64,000 nucleotides of DNA from contig OZ244034.1 of assembly GCA_965215185.1 (NCBI GenBank), positions 832,001-896,000 on the forward strand, given 5' to 3'. Under the pieces are notes generated by a model that was given only the letters and a program-made list of their open reading frames with translations, was not told the origin of the DNA and ran no database searches. The translations under genes and the position numbers were made by a program. The DNA is from Acidimicrobiia bacterium (GTDB lineage Bacteria > Actinomycetota > Acidimicrobiia > Spongiisociales > ZC4RG35). Positions 1-8,827 of this stretch are shown in pieces (position 1 is the stretch's first letter; each line of letters begins with the position of its first letter).

Positions 1-1
1 C

Positions 2-478
2 GCCGTAGACCGTTTCCGCTCGGCCGTGGAGGCCGTGAAAGAGGCGGGCGGAGAGGTTTTGGCTGGAGGTGAGGTGGTGACCGAAGGTGACTTGACCCGG
101 GGTAACTTCCTCCAGCCCACTGTGGTGACCGCCCCGCAAGAGGCTTGGGTCTGGGAGAAGGAGTTGTTCGTGCCGTTCGTGGCTGTGACCGCGGTGGATT
201 CTCTGGACGAGGGAATCGACAAGGCCAATGACACGGTCTTTGGCCTAACTGCCGGAGTGTTCGCAGGCACCGACGAAGAGGTGAACCACTTTTTTGAGCG
301 GATCCAGGCCGGTGTGGTGTACGCCAACCGCCGGGCCGGTTCCACTACCGGCGCCTGGCCCGACATCCAACCCTTCGGTGGTTGGAAGGGTTCGGGCACC
401 TCAGGAGCAGGAAGCGGTGGTCCCTGGTACATGAGGTCGTATGTGCGGGAGCAGGCTCGGACGCTGATCCGGGAGTAA
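2..478 (+). CDS. aldehyde dehydrogenase family protein, C-terminal part (5' end outside window)
   Basis: EELF-like KELFVPFV, N-x-T-x-FGLTAGVF and QPFGGWKGSG ALDH motifs; open frame runs off the window start. Confidence 0.9.
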   Translation, partial: AVDRFRSAVEAVKEAGGEVLAGGEVVTEGDLTRGNFLQPTVVTAPQEAWVWEKELFVPFVAVTAVDSLDEGIDKANDTVFGLTAGVFAGTDEEVNHFFERIQAGVVYANRRAGSTTGAWPDIQPFGGWKGSGTSGAGSGGPWYMRSYVREQARTLIRE

Positions 479-493
479 ACCTCCCGCCCGCTC

Positions 494-2041
494 CTAGGAG
501 TCGGCCAAAATCCGAAGAGCCGCATTGCGGCCGCAGGCCGCGATGATGCTTCCGCCCGGATGGGTGGAAGCGCCGCACAGATACACTCCGTCAACGGGTG
601 TGCGATAGGGCATGCGCTGATCCCAGGCGTAAGGGGGGAGGTGATCGCCCTGGAATATGTGCCCGCCGGTCAACCCGGTTTTGGCTTCTATATCGGGTGG
701 GCCCACCACCTCACAGTGCAAGATGGTGTCCGAAAACCCCGGCGACCATTCTTCGATCATTGAGATCACCCTCTGGCCGACCCGGTCACGATGGTGATCC
801 CAACTGCGGCCGTCTGCCCATGAATAGGGAAGGTGCTGGACAAAACAGGAGACGACATGAACTCCCTCGGGCGCCACTGTTGGGTCGTAGGCCGTCTGAG
901 GATACAGTTCGGCCCATATCGGACCCAGTTGCCCGCGGGTGGTGGCCCGGTGGGATTGATGAAGTCTCTCCATCCCGCTTCCGATGTCCACCATGGCCCG
1001 CGCCGATGCGGCGAAGTCGTTGATCACCGGCAACCGGGTGAGGGCGAAATTGACCTTACCAACTGTTCCGACCATCGGCCAGGTGGCCACCTTGTGGCCG
1101 AATGCGGGCGGTATCTGCGCGTCCACCATGGCAAATGTCCGTCTCGGGTCAGCGCTGGATGCCACCACCGGCGCTTTGATCCGCCGCCCGTCCTGCAGTT
1201 CGACACCTTGACCGGGAATGATGGCGCTCACCGTAGCGCCGGTTGCTATCCGGGCGCCGTAGGCGACCGCGGCGTTGCGGATGGCTTCAGCCACCCCGAT
1301 GGTGCCGCCCCGGGGAAAGGCCCAGGTCATCACCGAAGGTCCAGCCAGGCCGCCGGAGGCGTGGTGAAACTTGATGAAGGCGGTGCCAGGGTCTCGGGGA
1401 GAGGCGTTGGTGCCGATGATCCCGTTGGCGGCTATCGCGTCCAGGATCCGCTGGTCGGAGATGAATCCGCTCACCAGACCTTCAAAGGACTGTTCGAACA
1501 GGGTGTGCATGACCCCCGGGTCGTTATTAACCCGCTCGCCGATTATCTCCCTGGTGGGTGCTTCATGCAACCACAGGTCGTCGTCGTTTTTGGGTCGTAG
1601 CTTGGACCGGATGCCCTTCAGGTACTTGACCAGTGCTCCGAAGCCTTTGACGTCCGACGGCGCCGCCCACCGGCTCATCTCCGACCAGGTGCGATCCTCG
1701 TCCAGGTAGTCGACGATCCCGATCCCCGGCTCGATGGGCACGTACAGCTGCGGGTCGGGATAAGTCAGGTGAAGCCCCCGGGAGAACAGATTCAGGTCTT
1801 TGCAGATGCGAGGGTGAAGCAAGCCCACCATATAGGAGCAGGTGGAGATTTTCACCCCCGGCCACGGCTCTTCGCTCCCCGTCGACCCTCCTATCTGGCC
1901 GCGCTTCTCCAACACCACCACCTTTTTGCCGGCCCGAGCCAGATAGGCGGCGGTGGTCAAGCCGTTGTGGCCGGCGCCCACCACTATCACGTCCCAGTTG
2001 ATCTGGTCTATACGTTCTGAGGAAATGCCCGCATCCGCCAT
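494..2041 (-). CDS. FAD-dependent oxidoreductase, phytoene desaturase/PYROXD2-like
   Basis: VVGAGHNGL dinucleotide-binding motif, DPTVAPEG, GGHIFQG, YLCGASTHPGG. Confidence 0.85.
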   Translation of the reverse strand: MADAGISSERIDQINWDVIVVGAGHNGLTTAAYLARAGKKVVVLEKRGQIGGSTGSEEPWPGVKISTCSYMVGLLHPRICKDLNLFSRGLHLTYPDPQLYVPIEPGIGIVDYLDEDRTWSEMSRWAAPSDVKGFGALVKYLKGIRSKLRPKNDDDLWLHEAPTREIIGERVNNDPGVMHTLFEQSFEGLVSGFISDQRILDAIAANGIIGTNASPRDPGTAFIKFHHASGGLAGPSVMTWAFPRGGTIGVAEAIRNAAVAYGARIATGATVSAIIPGQGVELQDGRRIKAPVVASSADPRRTFAMVDAQIPPAFGHKVATWPMVGTVGKVNFALTRLPVINDFAASARAMVDIGSGMERLHQSHRATTRGQLGPIWAELYPQTAYDPTVAPEGVHVVSCFVQHLPYSWADGRSWDHHRDRVGQRVISMIEEWSPGFSDTILHCEVVGPPDIEAKTGLTGGHIFQGDHLPPYAWDQRMPYRTPVDGVYLCGASTHPGGSIIAACGRNAALRILADS

Positions 2042-2105
2042 GCTGCCAGCATAAACAACCCGACAGATCGAGATTGACCCCTTGAGGTATACTTCCCTGA
2101 CCTTT

Positions 2106-2192
2106 GTCGGAGTGGCGGAAATGGCAGACGCGCTAGGTTGAGGGCCTAGTCCTCTACGGAGGGTGAGGGTTCAAGTCCCTCCTCCGACACCA
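2106..2192 (+). tRNA. tRNA-Leu(GAG)
   Basis: GTCGGAG/CTCCGAC acceptor stem, CTAGG-TT-GAG-GG-CCTAG anticodon arm, long variable arm, GGTTCAAGTCC T-loop, encoded CCA. Confidence 0.95.
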
Positions 2193-2336
2193 GTAGCATC
2201 TTATCTGCCTTCCCCATAATTGGGCCTTTGCCACATTGCGCAATAAACACCCCAGGTCAGAGGCCTTTTTCTCTTCGCTAGTTCCCTCTATAGGGGGAAA
2301 CCTGGAACCATAGATATTTGGGTGTTTCTTCGTAGG

Positions 2337-2729
2337 TCAGAACGTCGGCAAGGTAATCCGACAGGTGTCAATCTCAATCTCACCTATTGCGTCTGACCGG
2401 ACCATTTCTCCGAAACTGTTCCGAGCGCTGTAATCGACTGTGATCAGGACTCTGCCGTCGCTGATGCTGTCCTCGGGCTCGTAATAAATGCCGTTGGTTT
2501 GCATGCTAATCGGGAGTTTTAGCGCTTCACGGATGAGTCTCTCGAATCCATCGTGGTCACTGTCCCATGGGCTGACACATGCCTCGAATACTTGTTGGGC
2601 GTTTCTGGGCTTGGCTGTGGTTACTGCTCCAGTGGTCTGGGGCGAGTTGGTTTGAGTTGAGGTATTACAGGCTAAGTTTGTAACCGCAAGCAGGATCAGC
2701 ACCATTAGAACGAGAGCCTTCCGTACCAT
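2337..2729 (-). CDS. putative lipoprotein, unknown family (paralog of the C-terminal domain of 43699-44460)
   Basis: MVRKALVLMVLILLAVTNLAC signal/lipobox, Thr-rich linker, C..PWD..H..FER ... DYSARN.FG.MVR..A motif. Confidence 0.7.
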   Translation of the reverse strand: MVRKALVLMVLILLAVTNLACNTSTQTNSPQTTGAVTTAKPRNAQQVFEACVSPWDSDHDGFERLIREALKLPISMQTNGIYYEPEDSISDGRVLITVDYSARNSFGEMVRSDAIGEIEIDTCRITLPTF

Positions 2730-2928
2730 ATTGTCCTTGGTTGGGAAGGTCGCCGATTCTACAAATCTAGACCATCGCGAGGCTGTTGAAGGAAGCCGAG
2801 CCCAAAACGTTCCGGGCGGAACACTTGAACCAAGAAAGACCGGACCCGCCACCCAAGCCCCGGTGATGGCACCGCCCAAGACCTTCCTGGGGACAGTTCA
2901 GGTTCATGGGCTTTGGCGGCCAGAGGGC

Positions 2929-4182
2929 TCAGCGGCTGCTCACCGGGACACGGGTCGAGAGATAGGCGGACAGATGGTCGACCAGTTCGCGAGCGTCGTC
3001 CTCGGCACCATGGATGAAGCTCGACTTGCGTCGACGGAGGAAGTTCAGCCCGATTCTGTACATGCCGGGCGAGTCGGTGACGACGCCGCCGTCGTGGCGG
3101 AGTCGGCCCCTGTGGTCGAACACCGGAACATGAAGCCACGAGTAGTCCGGCCGGTAGCCGGTGGCCCAGACGACGGTCTTGATCTCTCCGCCAGCGAGAT
3201 CAAGACCCAGAGGCGGTGACTTCTCAACGCGGGTCCGCTGGTAGTGGTGGGGAGGGTCGCACTCGGCGTCCAAGCCGTTCTCGGTGATCCACTCGTCGAT
3301 ACCGAGCAGCATCCGGCCCATCTTGAGGTCGGAGCGGTTGCACTTGTTGTGGAGTGACCCCGACAGTTGGGCTTTCCCGTCCGTGATGCCAGCCAGCCGG
3401 CCCACCATACGCACTCCCTGGCCGGTCAGGGCGTTTAGGTCGAGCATCAGTCGCTCCGGCGTTCCGACCAGTTGGGGGGAAGGAACCGTACGGGCCCGCA
3501 CGATGTCATCCACCTCGTCGTAGCGCTCGTCGGACAGGCCGGTGACCTCAAACCAGTAGCGGATGTCCTTGCCACGGTATACCCGGGGCATTCGGACGTG
3601 TTCGCCTACCGACACCGTCACCGGTCGCCCGGAACGGTGGATCTCGTCGGCCAGTTGCACACCGGTGGCCGACGCTCCCACCACCAGCACCCCACCGTCC
3701 CGGAGGTCCGATGGGCGGCGATAGTCGAGCGGGGTCACCGAGTCGATCGAGGTCGGGAGCGCCGCGGCGATGGGCGGTACCTTGGGTAGGTTGAACCCGC
3801 CGGTGGCCAGCACCACCGAGCGGCACGACCACACTCCACGGTCGGTCACGACCTCGTAGTCTCCACCGTCCTTGCGCAGGGAGGTGACGGTGGTGAGGGT
3901 ATGGAGGGGCGGATCGACCATTCGAGCGTACTGGTCGAGGAAGTCGACGATCTGCGGCATGGTCATGAACCCGTCGGGATCGTCGCCGTCGTAGGCGAAG
4001 CCGGGCAACCTGGTCTGCCAGTTCGGAGTGAGGAGGCGAAGCGAGTTCCAGCGCTCTGTCCGCCATGTGTTGGCTACCTCCCCACGCTCGAGGACCACAT
4101 GGTCGATCGAACGCTGGGAAAGGAGGTAGCTGACCGCCAGGCCGGTGTGCCCGGCCCCGATTACGACAGTGGCAGTACGCAC
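2929..4182 (-). CDS. flavin-dependent monooxygenase/oxidoreductase (FMO/CzcO-like)
   Basis: VIGAGHTG, ERW-x-SLRLLTPNW, VLVVGASATG, WATGY motifs. Confidence 0.85.
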   Translation of the reverse strand: MRTATVVIGAGHTGLAVSYLLSQRSIDHVVLERGEVANTWRTERWNSLRLLTPNWQTRLPGFAYDGDDPDGFMTMPQIVDFLDQYARMVDPPLHTLTTVTSLRKDGGDYEVVTDRGVWSCRSVVLATGGFNLPKVPPIAAALPTSIDSVTPLDYRRPSDLRDGGVLVVGASATGVQLADEIHRSGRPVTVSVGEHVRMPRVYRGKDIRYWFEVTGLSDERYDEVDDIVRARTVPSPQLVGTPERLMLDLNALTGQGVRMVGRLAGITDGKAQLSGSLHNKCNRSDLKMGRMLLGIDEWITENGLDAECDPPHHYQRTRVEKSPPLGLDLAGGEIKTVVWATGYRPDYSWLHVPVFDHRGRLRHDGGVVTDSPGMYRIGLNFLRRRKSSFIHGAEDDARELVDHLSAYLSTRVPVSSR

Positions 4183-4195
4183 TCTGCCTCGCCTG

Positions 4196-4750
4196 CTAGT
4201 TGACCCTGACGGTCACGTTGGTGGGGTTGGTCAGGATGTCGAACACGGCCGAGGTCTTCTGCGACTGGGCGACCAAGGCCTCGAGGTCTGCCGCGCTGGT
4301 GTCGTCGGCGTCGATCTCGTATTTGACCCGCACATCAGTGAACCCGTTTCTGGTATCGGGATCCGCTCCGAGGATGCCCCCGATGTTCATATCGGCTTCC
4401 ACCGTTGCCTTTACAGAACGCAGCTTGATCTCCCGGTTCTCGGCGACCGCCGCCACGCCGGCGGTCAGACAACTCGCTAGGCCCGCCAGCACGATCTCCA
4501 CCGGAGTGACGGCGTTGTCCTCGGCGTTGAACTCCAGAGGATGGTCGGCCTCCAGTTGGTAGGTCGATTTGTGGGCCCGCTCTTCACCCAGTCCAAAGTA
4601 CCCGCCGATCGTCGTCCTGCTGTACGTTCCGTGTACCCACTCGTTCGAGGCTTTCCATGTGTAGTCGCCCGCGGCCGGTGTCTCTCCGACCACTCCCCGG
4701 GCAAACAGCAGATGCGCCGTGTCTACTCCGTTGATCTCACCTTTGCTCAT
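4196..4750 (-). CDS. OsmC family protein
   Basis: ADHP...TPVE.VLAGLASCL, RNGF..VRV, S.VFDILTNPT.V.V pattern; upstream of and co-oriented with the flavoprotein. Confidence 0.85.
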   Translation of the reverse strand: MSKGEINGVDTAHLLFARGVVGETPAAGDYTWKASNEWVHGTYSRTTIGGYFGLGEERAHKSTYQLEADHPLEFNAEDNAVTPVEIVLAGLASCLTAGVAAVAENREIKLRSVKATVEADMNIGGILGADPDTRNGFTDVRVKYEIDADDTSAADLEALVAQSQKTSAVFDILTNPTNVTVRVN

Positions 4751-5231
4751 GGCATGTCTCCTTTAGTTCGTTGTTGGTTAGCTGAAAGTTTTGGTCACTG
4801 TTGTCTGAATTCATCCTGGAGGGCCGGTTCTCTGCTGTTCGAGTCTTGAGCTTCGAGCCAACGACCGGTTCCGGATGTGATCAAACGCCGCGGCGGTAAG
4901 CCTTGGGGTCGCTCCCGGGTGGTGGCGTTGTCTATGGGCGGTCAGTGATCCCGCCCGGGTGAGCCACCCGGGAGCCGGGACAACCCATGTCCTCGCGAGG
5001 TGTTGTTTTGGCCAAGCGCAGGGCATCCATATGACAGTTTTTCACGCTCCCCTAGAGGGTAGTCGGATACCCGCATGTCCGGGGCGGCAAAATGTAACAG
5101 AAGCCACGGCAACCACACAGCAGGAACGTGTCAGTCACAAACTGTTTCGCTCCTTGATGTGGACCCTGCTGTGCACCGATCTTGAGAACTGCTGACCTGA
5201 AGACGCCTTGGGTGGTGTAGCCTTGGGGTTC

Positions 5232-5534
5232 ATGGCGGATCCGAAAGAGTTGCCCCAGCAGGTGGAGGAATTGGTCCAGCTGACCAAGCAGTATCTTCGC
5301 CAGGAGACGGTTGATCCACTGCGGCGCATCGGGCAATTGGCGGCCAAGGCGGGGGTTGCTGCGGTGTTGCTGGTATTGGCGGTGGTGTTGTTTTCTCTTG
5401 CTTTGCATCAGTTTCTAAGCGATGTCCTACCGGACACAAGCTGGTGGGCAGTGGCCGCGGCCGGCATAACGGCAGTTGTGAGCATGGTGCCGGTCGGCAT
5501 CTTGGCAACAAGAATCAGGGGTAGTGGTGAGTGA
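5232..5534 (+). CDS. small two-TM membrane protein (actinobacterial holin-superfamily-like)
   Basis: Y-x-RQET-x-DPL followed by two hydrophobic helices. Confidence 0.65.
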   Translation: MADPKELPQQVEELVQLTKQYLRQETVDPLRRIGQLAAKAGVAAVLLVLAVVLFSLALHQFLSDVLPDTSWWAVAAAGITAVVSMVPVGILATRIRGSGE

Positions 5535-5745
5535 TCAACCCACGGTGGTGACTCGTGACGATCTCGAGCAGCTCGCTCAGGAGATTGTCGACAATTTGAA
5601 CCAGACCGGCGAGTCGCTGCGCAGTCCGCTGGTTGTCAAGGGACTAGGCGCGGCGGCGGCGATGGGATTGATCTACTGGGCGGGGAGGCGCAGAGGTCGC
5701 AAAAGGATCAGGAAGGCTATTTCCGAATTGGCCCGGATGGTTTGA
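5527..5745 (+). CDS. small membrane-anchored hypothetical protein
   Basis: TRDDLE start, one TM helix, basic GRRRGRK tail; overlaps upstream stop. Confidence 0.6.
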   Translation: MSDQPTVVTRDDLEQLAQEIVDNLNQTGESLRSPLVVKGLGAAAAMGLIYWAGRRRGRKRIRKAISELARMV

Positions 5746-5963
5746 TGCGGGCCTAGGTGTGGTTCCGGTCGCCTAGCCTCTGAGTCGTCGTCGTTTGGCG
5801 GCCCAACGCCAGACCAGTATTCCGGCGGTCATCAGCCACAAATCTCCGGTACGAGCTCCACCGAAAGCGGAGTTTCTTCCCAAGCGAATAAGGCGGCTGA
5901 TTTTCATAGCATTTGTATAAGGTATTGACTCTAAGCCTAGGCAGCATGATGAAAGGAGCGTCA

Positions 5964-6059
5964 TTGAGGAACGACCGGATGCGAAGGTTCTTGGTCTGGA
6001 TTCTGGTTTTGGCCCTGGTTCTCACCCTGTTGACTTCGGTGCTTTCTTTTTTCCAATGA
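5964..6059 (+). CDS. 31-aa single-TM small protein (not in ORF track)
   Basis: AAGGAG RBS at ~5953, TTG start, MRNDRMRRFLVWILVLALVLTLLTSVLSFFQ, ATGA overlap with next gene. Confidence 0.55.
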   Translation: MRNDRMRRFLVWILVLALVLTLLTSVLSFFQ

Positions 6060-6250
6060 AAGTTCTTCTGCATCAGCCGCGGCGGGAGGTTGAGGTCAGC
6101 GGAACGGCGACGGTCAAGGCTTTGCTGAACCGGCTCGACTTGGTCTCCGAGTCGGTGCTGGTGATCAGAGGAGACCAGCTTCTCACAGACGAGGAGCGCC
6201 TGCACCCTGGGGATGTGATCGAAATACGCCCGGTCATCTCCGGAGGTTGA
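6056..6250 (+). CDS. ThiS/MoaD-fold ubiquitin-like sulfur carrier (TtuB-like)
   Basis: 64 aa, C-terminal ISGG, directly upstream of TtuA. Confidence 0.85.
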   Translation: MKVLLHQPRREVEVSGTATVKALLNRLDLVSESVLVIRGDQLLTDEERLHPGDVIEIRPVISGG

Positions 6251-6257
6251 CGACACC

Positions 6258-7175
6258 TTGAAGTGCCGGGTGTGCCGCCAACGGGCGGTGATCTCCGTAC
6301 GTCGGCACAACGCCAGCTTCTGCAGGGAACACTTCATCTCCCATGTCCGTCGCCAGGTGGAGCGCACCATCTCCGACTATCACATGTTCGGTCCCCAAGA
6401 TCGGCTGGTGCTGGGAGTATCGGGGGGAAAGGACAGCTTGGCGCTTTGGGACATCCTCACGGTGCTGGGCTATCGGGTTGACGGTGTGTATCTGCATCTG
6501 GGGATCGGGGAATACAGCTCCGACGGGCTGCGTTTCAGCCAGAAGTTTGCCGCCGAACGGGGCTTGTCCCTGGAGGTGGTGGATCTGGCAGGTGAGCACG
6601 GTTTCTCGGTTACCCAAGCCAGTGATCTGACCAGCCGCGTGGCCTGTGCGGCCTGCGGTTTGTCCAAGCGATATCTTCTCAACGATGCGGCGGCGCAACG
6701 GGGATACGATGTGCTGGTGATGGGACACAATCTTGACGATGAGGCCGCCGTTCTCTTGGGAAACGTGCTGCGCTGGCAGGTGGACTATCTCGCTCGTCAA
6801 CGTCCGGTGCTTCCGGCCTCCGACGGTGGGCTGGTGCGCAAGGTGAAACCGCTCTTGCGGGTAGCCGAGCGGGAGACTGCCGCCTACGCGGTGCTGCGGG
6901 GAATCGAGTATGAGATTGAGGAATGCCCGATGGCAGCCGGCAATACCTTGAATCGGTACAAGGAGTGGCTGAACCGTTTGGAACAGCAGTCTCCGGGCTT
7001 GAAGACACATTTTTTGTTCGGCTTCTTGGATAGGGGAGCGGCCTATTTTCCTCCCGATCCCCCGGAACTGTCTTCCTGCGAACAATGCGGGAGGCCCACT
7101 CCCGGCGATACCTGCGCATTTTGCCGGATGAAAACCGTAACGGTGCTTCGCATCTCCGAACGCGGGGTCTCATGA
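6258..7175 (+). CDS. ttuA: tRNA 2-thiolase, TtuA/Ncs6 family
   Basis: N-terminal CxxC..CxxH Zn finger, SGGKDS PP-loop, CAAC, GHNLDD, ECP, C-terminal CxxC..CxxC. Confidence 0.85.
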   Translation: MKCRVCRQRAVISVRRHNASFCREHFISHVRRQVERTISDYHMFGPQDRLVLGVSGGKDSLALWDILTVLGYRVDGVYLHLGIGEYSSDGLRFSQKFAAERGLSLEVVDLAGEHGFSVTQASDLTSRVACAACGLSKRYLLNDAAAQRGYDVLVMGHNLDDEAAVLLGNVLRWQVDYLARQRPVLPASDGGLVRKVKPLLRVAERETAAYAVLRGIEYEIEECPMAAGNTLNRYKEWLNRLEQQSPGLKTHFLFGFLDRGAAYFPPDPPELSSCEQCGRPTPGDTCAFCRMKTVTVLRISERGVS

Positions 7176-7999
7176 GCGAAGTCGCCCAGTCGCATCATTC
7201 CCATTCGGACCGTTCCATGCGGGAAGGGGAGATGGCGCTTCTTATCGACGGGAAGGGGCGCCAGTTCATGGTGCTCCTGCACCCAACCCGGCGCTTCGAA
7301 TATCACATGGGAGTGGTGCCCCACACCGACATCATTGGACAAACCGAGGGTGTCTTATTGAGGTCCTCTGGGGGGGCGGCGCTGCGTTTGCTTCGTCCCC
7401 GGCTGGCCGATTTCATTTTAAAGATGAAACGCGGCGCTCAGGTCGTCTATCCCAAGGACATCGGTCCGATCCTGATGTGGGCGGACATCGCTCCGGGGAT
7501 GACGGTGGTTGAGGGGGGAACCGGGTCGGGAGCATTGGCCATGGCGCTGGCCCGGGCGGTGGGGTCAGGCGGCAGGGTGGTCTCGGCCGAAGTGCGACAA
7601 GACCACGCCGCCCATGCCCTCAAGATGATCACCCGTTGGTTCGGAGAGGTGCCCTCCCAGTTGGAGTTGCGAGATGGTACGGTGGAAGACGCCATAGGTG
7701 AGGTCGGTCCCGAGCGGGTGGTTTTGGACGTTCCCGAACCGTGGCACGCGGCGGCAGTGGCTGGCAATGCACAACCGCCGGGAGGGCTTTTCTGCTCCTA
7801 TCTGCCTACCGTACCCCAGGTGCAGAAGCTGGTGGAAGAGATGAGGGCCACCCGCAACTTCTGCGAAACAGATGTCTTCGAGACATTCCACCGAGAGTGG
7901 AATGTCTCTGGCCCCTCAGTGCGCCCTAAGCATCAAATGGTGGGACACACCGGTTTCATCGTGGTGTCGCGAATCAGGCCCACCGTCCATCCCGACTAG
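7172..7999 (+). CDS. trmI: tRNA (adenine-58-N1)-methyltransferase
   Basis: MKRGAQVVYPKD, EGGTGSGAL, LDVPEPW, RP.H.MVGHTGF. Confidence 0.92.
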   Translation: MSEVAQSHHSHSDRSMREGEMALLIDGKGRQFMVLLHPTRRFEYHMGVVPHTDIIGQTEGVLLRSSGGAALRLLRPRLADFILKMKRGAQVVYPKDIGPILMWADIAPGMTVVEGGTGSGALAMALARAVGSGGRVVSAEVRQDHAAHALKMITRWFGEVPSQLELRDGTVEDAIGEVGPERVVLDVPEPWHAAAVAGNAQPPGGLFCSYLPTVPQVQKLVEEMRATRNFCETDVFETFHREWNVSGPSVRPKHQMVGHTGFIVVSRIRPTVHPD

Positions 8000-8424
8000 C
8001 CCCCGGCCCTTTCCCGTCTGAACCCGGCGCGCCCTGGCCTTTTCTTCGGATGCACCGCCCCACCTGGCCGGTCGAATTCTTGGGATTACCCTCCCGACCC
8101 TCCGTAGCCTGGCCGGTGCAATTCTTCGGATGGGCGCAGGGCTATCCGAAACCCGATGATGTGGTCGTCGGCTGAATGCTCTATGCGGGAAGCGGTGTCA
8201 AGGGGCCCCGGTGTTAGAGACTCTCGTGATCGAGGAAGTGCGTACCGCCACGATATTTGTGTCCCCACATTGTGAGAAAGGTTGGTGACATCTGCAAAGC
8301 AGATGCAGGCAGATTCCTTAGGAACTATTCGCGACTTAACCGTGAGAAAGCCGGGAGCCGCCCACATTTGGTGGGTGGCCTGTTTACAGAAAGGAAACTC
8401 AGTCCAACCAACGGTATCGGCTGG

Positions 8425-8458
8425 CCGGTCCGAGTCGCTTCGATTGCGACTTGCCGGA
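8425..8458. terminator. hairpin downstream of ferredoxin
   Basis: AGTCGC-N7-GCGACT stem flanked by CCGG/CCGG directly after the ferredoxin stop. Confidence 0.4.
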
Positions 8459-8459
8459 C

Positions 8460-8708
8460 TCAACTGGGCTCGATGAAGATGCACTCCCCGGGGCACTCCT
8501 CGGCGGACTCGATAGTTATGTCCTCTTGGCCAACCGGGACTATTGCTAGTCCGCCGGCGCCCTGAACGTGACCCTCGGCCTCAGCGTAAATGGTTTCAGC
8601 GTCCCGAACGTAGGCCAAGCCGTCGTCTAAGAGAACGAACACATCCGGGGCGATCTCCTCACACAGGCCGTCGCCGGTGCAGAGATCCTGGTCAATCCAG
8701 ACCTTCAT
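8460..8708 (-). CDS. ferredoxin
   Basis: MKVWIDQDLCTGDGLC..APDVF ... ECPGECI. Confidence 0.9.
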   Translation of the reverse strand: MKVWIDQDLCTGDGLCEEIAPDVFVLLDDGLAYVRDAETIYAEAEGHVQGAGGLAIVPVGQEDITIESAEECPGECIFIEPS

Positions 8709-8827
8709 TCTGTTTTGGTCTCCCGTTGTCGGAGTGGTCGCCCCAATCATAACAAAGCTGGCCTCTGGAATTGCAATCCATTTTCGTATACTGTTCCGCA
8801 CAGGTCAAGAAACAAAGAGCAGGAGAC

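Noticed and set aside
5773-5907. Small minus-strand ORF MKISRLIRLGR...
   Set aside because: Plausible, but no clear RBS or recognisable motif; support too weak.
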